The notes beneath the pieces are model-generated. The model was not told the origin of the DNA and made no database searches. It worked only from the letters and a program-made list of their open reading frames with translations. The position numbers and the translations under genes were made by a program. 24,000 nt of DNA from Halorubrum sp. SY-15 (GTDB taxonomy: Archaea; Halobacteriota; Halobacteria; Halobacteriales; Haloferacaceae): NCBI RefSeq assembly GCF_051194155.1, contig NZ_JBLZNJ010000003.1, forward strand, positions 494,630 through 518,629. Reading direction: 5' to 3'. Within the stretch, counting starts at the first letter, position 1; each line of letters starts with the position of its first letter. Of this stretch, positions 9,427 to 15,629 are shown one piece after another.

Positions 9427-9990
9427 TCAGCGCCGACCGAGGTCGCGGAACATTGTTCGGTAGTCCGCGGGCGACAGCGACGCTGCGGCGTCGTCGATGT
9501 CGGTGTCGATAGCCTCGAGTCGGTCGACGAGCCGTGTGTACGCCGCGTTCGCTTCGAGTTGTTCTGGCGCCCGCTGTGCCTCGAGCACCGCACGCTTGCT
9601 CGCCAGCGCGGCCGCCTCGCGAAGCAGGTCGTCGTACTGCGATCGCGCGAGCAGCGTCTCGAGTGCGGTGTGAAGACTCTCGCGGTCGACGGGCTTCGTC
9701 ACGTACAGGTCGAACCCCATCTCGATGATGTCGAAGTCGGGCTCGACGGCCGTCACCATCGCCACCCGACAGTCGAGTCCCGTAGACCGCACGTGCGTCA
9801 ACACATCGCTGCCGTCGCCGTCGGGCAGTCGTCGGTCGAGCAGCACGGCGTCGAAGGACTCGTCCACCGTCTCGACGGCCGCCTCGACCGTCGACACGAC
9901 GGTCACGTCGTGCCGGTCGTCGAGGAACTGCTCGTACAGCGCGGCGATCTCGGGTTCGTCTTCGACGACGAGGACCGACGCCTCACGCAC
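9427..9990 (-). CDS. Response regulator, receiver domain plus C-terminal HalX domain
   Basis: The start was trimmed to the GTG at 9990, giving MREASVLVVEDEP.... The receiver signature is intact (ED pair, LLDRRLPDGDG, MVTAV, YVTKP). The HalX-like helical tail is SQYDDLLREAAALASKRAVLE...YTRLVDRLEAID. Confidence 0.85.
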   Translation of the reverse strand: MREASVLVVEDEPEIAALYEQFLDDRHDVTVVSTVEAAVETVDESFDAVLLDRRLPDGDGSDVLTHVRSTGLDCRVAMVTAVEPDFDIIEMGFDLYVTKPVDRESLHTALETLLARSQYDDLLREAAALASKRAVLEAQRAPEQLEANAAYTRLVDRLEAIDTDIDDAAASLSPADYRTMFRDLGRR

Positions 9991-9996
9991 GTCTTC

Positions 9997-10001
9997 CCTC
10001 C
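9997..10001 (-). promoter_or_regulatory. Shine-Dalgarno-like GGAGG 6 nt upstream of the response-regulator GTG start
   Basis: The reverse complement reads ggGGAGGgaagacGTGCGTGAG. This is one of the few genes here with a leader and an SD rather than leaderless geometry. Confidence 0.4.
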
Positions 10002-10005
10002 CCGT

Positions 10006-10052
10006 GGTGCGCCGTGATACCCCCTCGTACCATACGTTACCCGTGGCGCACC
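10006..10052. repeat. 8-bp inverted repeat GGTGCGCC / GGCGCACC separated by 31 nt, each arm preceded by CCGT
   Basis: Read directly at 10006-10013 and 10045-10052. It lies in the presumed 5' leader/operator region of the response regulator. Confidence 0.5.
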
Positions 10053-10195
10053 GGCGAATAAGTGTATCGCCTGCGGGAGGTCGAGTGACCGTCGCCCGTA
10101 CGAACGACGTGTCCTCCTGGTTCGGGCCGGAATCTATCGGCTCGGAGCGGTAGCGACCGACTCGAACCGGCACCGACCGGGTCGGGCCGGACCAC

Positions 10196-10204
10196 ATAGT
10201 ATAG
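10196..10204 (+). promoter_or_regulatory. TATA-like element (ATAGTATAG) 26-34 nt upstream of the KaiC-like ATG
   Basis: Spacing to the ATG at 10230. Confidence 0.35.
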
Positions 10205-10229
10205 GTGGCCTGCGTGAGTCGGTCAACTG

Positions 10230-10958
10230 ATGACCCACCTCGTCTCGACGGGCGTCGAGGGCCTCGACTCCATCCTCTCCGGCGGGCTCACGGAGCGGTC
10301 GACCGTCCTCGTCTCCGGCAACCCAGGCACCGGCAAGAGCATCTTCGGCATCCAGTACCTCTACACGGGCGCGACCGACCACGACGAACGCGGGGTGTAC
10401 GTCTCCTTCGAGGAGGACGAAGCCGACATCCGCGCCGCCGCGACCGCCGTCGGCTTCGAAGGGTTCGAAGACCTCGTCGACGACGGCGAGATCGTCGTGT
10501 TGGACAAACGCGAGATGCTGCGTGAGACCGACTTCTCGACCGCCGTCGACCGGCTGTTAGAGACCGTCGAGGGCGGCGAGTTCGACCGGTTAGTGCTCGA
10601 CTCGCTGTCGATGTTCCAGCTCTTTTTCGAGGACGAACACGAAAAACGGACCTACCTGCTGAAGTTCTCGGACATCCTCAAGGCGAACGGGCTCACCTCG
10701 CTTCTGATCGCCGAGCAGGGGGCGGTGTTTCCGGACACCGAGGTCGGTCTGGAGAACTTCCTCACCGACGGTAACGTCTACTTCATCCAGACGCCGACCG
10801 AGTCCGGCGTCACCCGGTACGTGTGGGTGGCGAAGATGCGGAAACAGGACATCGACACGGACATCTTCCCGATGGAGATCGGGCAGGGGGGAATCACCGT
10901 CCACGAGCGTGCCGGCGGGTTCTCGATGATGAGCCAGTCTGACGGCCCGTCGTTTTGA
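10230..10958 (+). CDS. Single-domain KaiC/RecA-superfamily ATPase (KaiC/GvpD/RAD55 type)
   Basis: 242 aa. STGVEGLDSILSGGL, Walker A SGNPGTGKS, Walker B FDRLVLDS, and the family-typical tail ...RYVWVAKMRKQDIDTDIFPMEIGQGGI. Confidence 0.88.
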   Translation: MTHLVSTGVEGLDSILSGGLTERSTVLVSGNPGTGKSIFGIQYLYTGATDHDERGVYVSFEEDEADIRAAATAVGFEGFEDLVDDGEIVVLDKREMLRETDFSTAVDRLLETVEGGEFDRLVLDSLSMFQLFFEDEHEKRTYLLKFSDILKANGLTSLLIAEQGAVFPDTEVGLENFLTDGNVYFIQTPTESGVTRYVWVAKMRKQDIDTDIFPMEIGQGGITVHERAGGFSMMSQSDGPSF

Positions 10959-10994
10959 ACCGCTCGCCGTGCGGGTGCTCGTTGACAGAGCGCC

Positions 10995-11333
10995 TCACTG
11001 CGTCGCAGAGAGGTCCCGCCACACCTCGTCAAGCCGGTTCTGTACCGCCGAGCGTTCGTCGAGCTCGACGGTGAGCTCGTCGCGGAAGTCGACCGCGACG
11101 CCGTCGACGGTCCGGCGGTACACCTTCACGCGGCGGTGCTCGGCCGAGAGCGGTCGGTCGTGGAGCTCGATGAGCTCCGCGTCCTCGAGCTCGTCGATGC
11201 GGCGGTAACACGTCGCGATGGGGACGTCGAGCTCGTCGCTGAGGTCCTGTGCGGACTTCGCCTCCTCGGTGGCCGTCAGAATGTCCGTGTTGTACTTGTT
11301 CCCGAGCACTTCGATCAGGTCGTCCCCGGACAT
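10995..11333 (-). CDS. Small winged-helix (ArsR-like) transcriptional regulator, 112 aa
   Basis: The start was trimmed to the ATG at 11333. MSGDDLIEVLGNKYNTDILTATEEAKSAQDLSDELDVPIATCYRRIDELEDAELIE... is a classic HTH plus wing. The track's upstream extension is Arg-rich with poor third-position G/C. Confidence 0.85.
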   Translation of the reverse strand: MSGDDLIEVLGNKYNTDILTATEEAKSAQDLSDELDVPIATCYRRIDELEDAELIELHDRPLSAEHRRVKVYRRTVDGVAVDFRDELTVELDERSAVQNRLDEVWRDLSATQ

Positions 11334-11572
11334 ACTGGTATCACTCTTGAGTTTTGGGACAAAAAGATGTCGGTGGACCGATGAGCGGGGTCCGACGTCG
11401 TCGACACCCTCGTGCCGTCCCCGAATCGCCGCGGTTCCCGCTCCTGGCTGTGCCCTCGATCGTGGCCGGCGTTGTCCGCGGCGTTCTCGCCGGTGAGAGC
11501 GACGGCCGGCCGGGCGCGTGTGGTGGCTGCCGTCCGGCACGGTGTCGACGTGGCGCTCACACCGGGATCCAC
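11315..11572 (-). CDS. Candidate small ORF (85 aa, GTG start) upstream of and overlapping the wHTH regulator; speculative
   Basis: In the stretch I hand-checked (about 11380-11572), G/C is enriched at every third base in the phase that is codon position 3 of this frame. TTATTTA (minus sense, 11598-11604) lies 26-32 nt upstream of the GTG. However, the product is fairly Arg/Thr-rich, and the 3' end runs through the AT-rich wHTH promoter. Confidence 0.2.
   Translation of the reverse strand: MDPGVSATSTPCRTAATTRARPAVALTGENAADNAGHDRGHSQEREPRRFGDGTRVSTTSDPAHRSTDIFLSQNSRVIPVCPGTT
11361..11366 (-). promoter_or_regulatory. T-rich TATA-like box (CTTTTT on the minus strand) 28-33 nt upstream of the wHTH ATG
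   Basis: The reverse complement reads atCTTTTTgtcccaaaactcaagagtgataccagtATG. Confidence 0.4.
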
Positions 11573-11700
11573 ACCTTTATTCCAGTTGCCCTGCCGCTAA
11601 ATAACGAGAAAACCGCCAGCACGCACCGTTTTATCACGATGAATAATCGGCGGGGAGCGTTTATGTAGATCTTCTGGATTTGCGTTGGTAACGCCCTCGG
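11573..11700 (+). promoter_or_regulatory. AT-rich archaellin upstream control region with five TATA-like elements
   Basis: TTTATT 11577-11582, TAAATAA 11598-11604, TTTTAT 11629-11634, AATAAT 11642-11647, TTTATG 11660-11665. The last is the best candidate core promoter for arlA1. Confidence 0.45.
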
Positions 11701-11725
11701 GATGGCCGCGGGCTCACAGCAAACC

Positions 11726-12322
11726 ATGTTCGAACCGAACCGAGCGGAGGAGCGGGGTCAGGTGGGGATCGGGACGCTCATCGTGTTCATCGCGATGGTG
11801 CTGGTGGCGGCGATCGCCGCCGGCGTCCTGATCAACACCGCCGGGTTCCTCCAGACGCAAGCAGAGGCAACGGGCGAAGACAGCACACAGCAGGTGAGCG
11901 ATCGCCTGCAGGTCGTCAGTCAATCGGGGTACCTCAGTGACCCCGCGAACGGGACGGTCGACCACCTGACGTTCGTTCTGGCGCGGTCACCCGGAGCGGA
12001 CAACATCGACCTCAACACCGTCTCGGTCGAGATGACGGGAACGAGCGGCCAAGAGACGTTCGACCTGAGCAGTAACGTCACGAACGTCACCATCTTCACC
12101 GGCGGTGAGGACAACGTGCTCACCGACGCGAGCGACCGTGCGGAGGTCTCGATTGCGCTTTCTGACGACAACGATGTCGGCGTCGCCCCCGGCGAAGACC
12201 TTGATTACACGCTCGAAGAGGGCGACGCGCTGACGGTGACGTTCACCACGCAGAGCGGCGCGACGATGACGACGGAGATCCGGATTCCAAGCACCGTGGT
12301 CGACGAATCAGTGAGGCTATAA
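11726..12322 (+). CDS. arlA1: Archaellin (major filament subunit) with a class III signal peptide
   Basis: MFEPNRAEERG|QVGIGTLIVFIAMVLVAAIAAGVLINTAGFLQ is the canonical haloarchaeal archaellin N-terminus with the prepilin-peptidase site after RG. I prefer the ATG at 11726 over the track's 11702 because the downstream paralogue also begins MFE. There are three N-x-S/T sequons. The gene numbering is positional only. Confidence 0.92.
   Translation: MFEPNRAEERGQVGIGTLIVFIAMVLVAAIAAGVLINTAGFLQTQAEATGEDSTQQVSDRLQVVSQSGYLSDPANGTVDHLTFVLARSPGADNIDLNTVSVEMTGTSGQETFDLSSNVTNVTIFTGGEDNVLTDASDRAEVSIALSDDNDVGVAPGEDLDYTLEEGDALTVTFTTQSGATMTTEIRIPSTVVDESVRL
11753..11886 (+). repeat. Copy 1 of a 134-nt perfect direct repeat (archaellin N-terminal coding block)
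   Basis: Base-for-base identical to 12355-12488 (offset 602). Identity extends to 140 nt with one mismatch at 11752/12354. Confidence 0.95.
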
Positions 12323-12324
12323 CC

Positions 12325-13302
12325 ATGTTCGAAGCAATCACCACACCCGAGGAACGGGGTCAGGTGGGGATCGGGACGCTCATCGTGTTCATCGCGATGG
12401 TGCTGGTGGCGGCGATCGCCGCCGGCGTCCTGATCAACACCGCCGGGTTCCTCCAGACGCAAGCAGAGGCAACGGGCGAAGACAGCACGGCACTCGTCTC
12501 AGAGCGGATCAACGTGAACAGTGAGGTGGGCATCGTCGCGAGCGGCGCAGACACGCTCGACGAACTCCGCATCGCGGTCACCGGCGCGCCCGGAGCCGAT
12601 CAGATCGACCTGGCCGAGACGACCCTACAGGTCGTCGGGCCCGGGGGGCAAGAGAACCTCGTGTTCACCGACGCCAGGATATTGGGGGTCGGTCCGTACG
12701 AAAACGGCACGATCAACGAGACCAGAGAGTTCGACGTCGAAATAGGCGACATCAATCAACTTGACGGGATGGAGTCAGACGATCGGAGGCTGCGAGTGAT
12801 CGTCGAAGATGGCAATACTCCGATCGCTAATGGAACGTTCGACGACGATAACATTACTGACGATGGAATCCAGAATATCAATATAACTGATATTAACCCT
12901 AATAGCACTGGTGATACAATTACCGCCAGCAGCAACATAACCATCAAACTGTACAACAGCTCGTCGCCCGAAGATGAGACGACGGAGGTCGCAAACATCA
13001 CCGTCACCGTCGATGGGGAAGACTCTGCGGCCGCGCTGTTCGAGTCCTCCCAACTTGGGGCGAACGAGTTCGCCGTGCGGCCCACTGACGGCGACACCTT
13101 CGTCGACGAACCCGTCCTGAGCGAGGAGACCGACTACACGCTCGTCGTCAACCCAGACGAGGGCGCGTTCGATGACGGTACCGCGTTCGGGCAGGGCGAC
13201 GATGCGACGATCGACATCGTCTCGCCCGCCGGGGCGACGACGCGCATCGAGCTCAACGCGCCCGACCTCTTCAGCGAGGTCGGTGAGGCGGTCCTCCTGT
13301 AA
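12325..13302 (+). CDS. arlA2: Archaellin, enlarged paralogue (325 aa) with a sequon-rich central insert
   Basis: MFEAITTPEERG|QVGIGTLIVFIAMVLVAAIAAGVLINTAGFLQ. It starts 2 nt after the arlA1 stop. There are nine N-x-S/T sequons, seven of them within 12829-13002. Confidence 0.92.
   Translation: MFEAITTPEERGQVGIGTLIVFIAMVLVAAIAAGVLINTAGFLQTQAEATGEDSTALVSERINVNSEVGIVASGADTLDELRIAVTGAPGADQIDLAETTLQVVGPGGQENLVFTDARILGVGPYENGTINETREFDVEIGDINQLDGMESDDRRLRVIVEDGNTPIANGTFDDDNITDDGIQNINITDINPNSTGDTITASSNITIKLYNSSSPEDETTEVANITVTVDGEDSAAALFESSQLGANEFAVRPTDGDTFVDEPVLSEETDYTLVVNPDEGAFDDGTAFGQGDDATIDIVSPAGATTRIELNAPDLFSEVGEAVLL
12355..12488 (+). repeat. Copy 2 of the 134-nt perfect direct repeat
   Basis: Identical to 11753-11886. 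Confidence 0.95.
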
Positions 13303-13305
13303 CAC

Positions 13306-13358
13306 GCGAGCGCACCGACACGCGCTCGCCGGATCCCGCTCCCCGGAACGCCTATTTT
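13306..13358 (+). terminator. GC hairpin (GCGAGCGC-8 nt-GCGCTCGC) plus a downstream T4 tract just after the arlA2 stop
   Basis: Stem 13306-13313 / 13322-13329, loop ACCGACAC, then TATTTT at 13353-13358. The same T-tract sits 23-28 nt upstream of the next ATG, so it may double as that gene's TATA box. Confidence 0.4.
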
Positions 13359-13380
13359 CACACCCACCGACACACCCAGT

Positions 13381-13941
13381 ATGACCGATGACGGCGTACC
13401 GCCGGCCGACCCGGACGAACTCGACTTTACCGACGACGAGAGCGTCGTCGAGATCGGCGAGAGCCGGTACGTCGTCGGCACCGAGGGCCGCCCCACGGTC
13501 GATCCGGCTCCGGATCCCGAGCCGGCCGACCGGCCGGGCGCGAGCGACGAGGCGACAACTGAGGGTGCCACCAGTGCCGGCGGCGAGGTGACGCAGGCAG
13601 CCGTCAACGGCTGGCTTGAGGAATCGTTCGACGACGACGGCTTCACCTATGGAGTCGACCTCACCCTCCACGCGGAGGGCGACACCGCCCGTCACCGACT
13701 CGTCTCGAACGACGTGACGGCGACGTTCGACGCGCTCTGTTCGTGGTTTGTCGCCGCGGCGGGCCCGGAGTCGCCACCGCCGGAGGCGCTCGGCCTGCTG
13801 CTCGCCGCCGTCGACAGCCCGGTCGACGTGCCGCCGGGAGCGATCAAGGCGTTCGCGGCGACCCACGACCTCGCACCGGACGACTCGATCGCCGACCTCG
13901 TTCGGGCCGCCGAGGACGCCGGTGGGTTCCGCATCGACTGA
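13381..13941 (+). CDS. Acidic hypothetical protein, 186 aa, embedded between the archaellins and cheY
   Basis: Clean ORF with G/C-ending codons. The N-terminal ~80 aa are Pro/Asp/Glu-rich (apparently disordered). The C-terminal ~100 aa look helical (TATFDALCSWFVAAAG...AIKAFAATHDLAPDDSIADLVRAAEDAGGFRID). No TM segment, no signal peptide, and no family that I recognise. Confidence 0.75.
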   Translation: MTDDGVPPADPDELDFTDDESVVEIGESRYVVGTEGRPTVDPAPDPEPADRPGASDEATTEGATSAGGEVTQAAVNGWLEESFDDDGFTYGVDLTLHAEGDTARHRLVSNDVTATFDALCSWFVAAAGPESPPPEALGLLLAAVDSPVDVPPGAIKAFAATHDLAPDDSIADLVRAAEDAGGFRID

Positions 13942-14009
13942 CCGCGACGTGGCGAGGACGGTCGCGCTGTCGGCGGTGTATTCTCATCGCTGATAGCCAG
14001 GGGCGAGCG

Positions 14010-14015
14010 ATTAAG
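14010..14015 (+). promoter_or_regulatory. TATA-like box (ATTAAG) 26-31 nt upstream of the cheY ATG at 14041
   Basis: Spacing supports 14041 rather than the track's GTG at 14032. Confidence 0.35.
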
Positions 14016-14040
14016 TGCTCGTTCGGCCCGTGTGTCGTAC

Positions 14041-14394
14041 ATGACGCGCGTACTCATCGCAGACGACTCGGAGTTCATGCGGAGTCTCCTCCGGGAGATC
14101 CTCGACGACGCGTTCGAGGTCGTCGGCGAGGCCGAAAACGGGGTCGAGGCGGTGGACCTGTACGACGAGCACGGTCCGGACGTGGTGATGATGGACATCG
14201 TGATGCCGATCCGCGACGGGATCGAAGCGACGGGTGAGATCACGGGCGCGGACCCCGATGCGACCGTGATCATGTGTACCAGCGTCGGCCAGGAAGAGCA
14301 AATGAAAGCCGCGATCAAAGCCGGCGCCGAGGGGTACATCACGAAGCCGTTTCAGAAGCCGAACGTCCTCGACGCGATCGGGTCGGCGGTCTGA
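14041..14394 (+). CDS. cheY: Chemotaxis response regulator CheY
   Basis: MTRVLIADDSEFMRSLLREIL...VVMMDIVMPIRDGIEAT...IMCTSVGQEEQMKAAIKAGAEGYITKPFQ. This is a single receiver domain with the archaeal CheY signature. Confidence 0.93.
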   Translation: MTRVLIADDSEFMRSLLREILDDAFEVVGEAENGVEAVDLYDEHGPDVVMMDIVMPIRDGIEATGEITGADPDATVIMCTSVGQEEQMKAAIKAGAEGYITKPFQKPNVLDAIGSAV

Positions 14395-15629
14395 TGCGCG
14401 TCGACGTCCGGGCGCTCGGCGCGTGCAACCGTCTCGCCGAGCGAGGAGCGGAGCGAGCCGCGGCCGCACTCACGGACCTGACGGGGACTGCGCTCGCCGT
14501 CGAGGTGACGGGCGTGAGCGTCGCCGCCGCCGACGGCTCGCCGGCCGCGGCCGCCACAGACGGCGAGTGGGTCGGCGTGCGCGTCGGGCTCTCCGGCGGG
14601 CTCTCCGGTGCGGCCGTGCTCGCGTTCGACGCCGACCGCGTCGACGGCCTCCTCGAGTTGTTGCCGGGTGACGGCTCGCTGGAACACAGCGCGGTGACCG
14701 AGGTGGGAAACATCGCGCTCGGCGGCTTCCTCGACGGCTTCGCGAACCACCTCGGACGGGCGATCGAGTTGACGCCGCCGCAGTACGTCTCGGCCGACGA
14801 TCCCGCGACCGGGGCGTCCGAGGGATCGACGGACGACCCGGTGTTCCGCTTCGAGAGCCGGCTCGAGGCGGCGACCAACCTCGACTTCTCCATCGCACTG
14901 CTTCCGGCGGCGACGCCGTTTCGCGACCTCGCTCGCGGGCGCCCGCCGTCCGGTGACGCCGGCGCGACGGCGGGTGCGTCCGGTGCGGTCCTGAGTGGCA
15001 ACGCGGAGCCCGCAGCGGGGCGCGCGGAGGCCGCGACGACGGGGGTGACGTACGACGCACTCCTGCGGTTCGCGTCGCTCGCCGCGGAGGGGTCGGAGAC
15101 GGCCGCGGCGAACATCGAGGCGATGACCGGCCTCGAGACGACCGTCGACGTGAGTCGTCTCCGGTTCGTGCCGCTCACCGACGTGCCCGCAGCGGTCGGC
15201 ACGGCCCCCCACGCCGGGACGGTGTTCGAACTCCACGGCGAGCCGAGCGGCTACCTGGCGATTCTCTTCGCTGAGCCGTCGGCCGCGCGGATCGCCGACG
15301 CGATGCTTCCGATGGAACCGGACGAGCCGCTCGGCGAGATGGCCGAACACGCGCTCTGTGAGCTCGGCAACGTGATGACGAGCGGGCTCATCGACGGGTG
15401 GGCGAACGTCCTCGAGACGTCTATCTCGCACTCGCCGCCCGAGTTCGTCCACGACATCGGTGCGGCGACCGTCAGCCCGCTCGTCGCCGCGTTGAGCCGG
15501 CGACAGGACTACGGATTCGTCGTCGACGCGACGATCCGGACCCGCAGCGTCGAGGCGCGGTGTGACGTGTACGTGCTCCCCGACGAGCGCGAGCTCGTCG
15601 CCGTGCTTCGCCGGCTCGCCGACCCGTGA
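14394..15629 (+). CDS. cheC: CheC-family CheY-P phosphatase, two CheC domains
   Basis: The ATG overlaps the cheY stop (TGATG). There are two E-x2-N...P active-site motifs: AVTEVGNIALGGFLDGFANHLG...TPP and ALCELGNVMTSGLIDGWANVLE...SPP. Confidence 0.9.
   Translation: MRVDVRALGACNRLAERGAERAAAALTDLTGTALAVEVTGVSVAAADGSPAAAATDGEWVGVRVGLSGGLSGAAVLAFDADRVDGLLELLPGDGSLEHSAVTEVGNIALGGFLDGFANHLGRAIELTPPQYVSADDPATGASEGSTDDPVFRFESRLEAATNLDFSIALLPAATPFRDLARGRPPSGDAGATAGASGAVLSGNAEPAAGRAEAATTGVTYDALLRFASLAAEGSETAAANIEAMTGLETTVDVSRLRFVPLTDVPAAVGTAPHAGTVFELHGEPSGYLAILFAEPSAARIADAMLPMEPDEPLGEMAEHALCELGNVMTSGLIDGWANVLETSISHSPPEFVHDIGAATVSPLVAALSRRQDYGFVVDATIRTRSVEARCDVYVLPDERELVAVLRRLADP

Noticed and set aside
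9991-10197. Long N-terminal extension of the response regulator (track start 10197), and similar extensions of the wHTH gene (to 11540), cheC (from 14274), the MBL hydrolase (from 830), cheY (GTG at 14032) and arlA1 (ATG at 11702)
   Set aside because: The extensions lack family similarity, are Arg-rich or overlap upstream genes or promoters. Internal starts give canonical N-termini and correct TATA or SD spacing.
10441-10470. GGCTTCGAAGGGTTCGAAGA and the GTTCGAACCGAACC at about 11718, which resemble tRNA T-arm sequences
   Set aside because: Both lie inside well-supported coding frames, and no acceptor or anticodon stems can be drawn around them. I found no tRNA in the window.
12775-13866. 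363-aa minus-strand ORF antisense to arlA2 and the orphan gene
   Set aside because: It is antisense to two well-supported genes and crosses the intergenic hairpin, and its composition is Arg/Val/Gly-rich.
14352-15452. 366-aa and 287-aa minus-strand ORFs antisense to cheC
   Set aside because: These are shadow frames. The plus frame carries two CheC active-site motifs.
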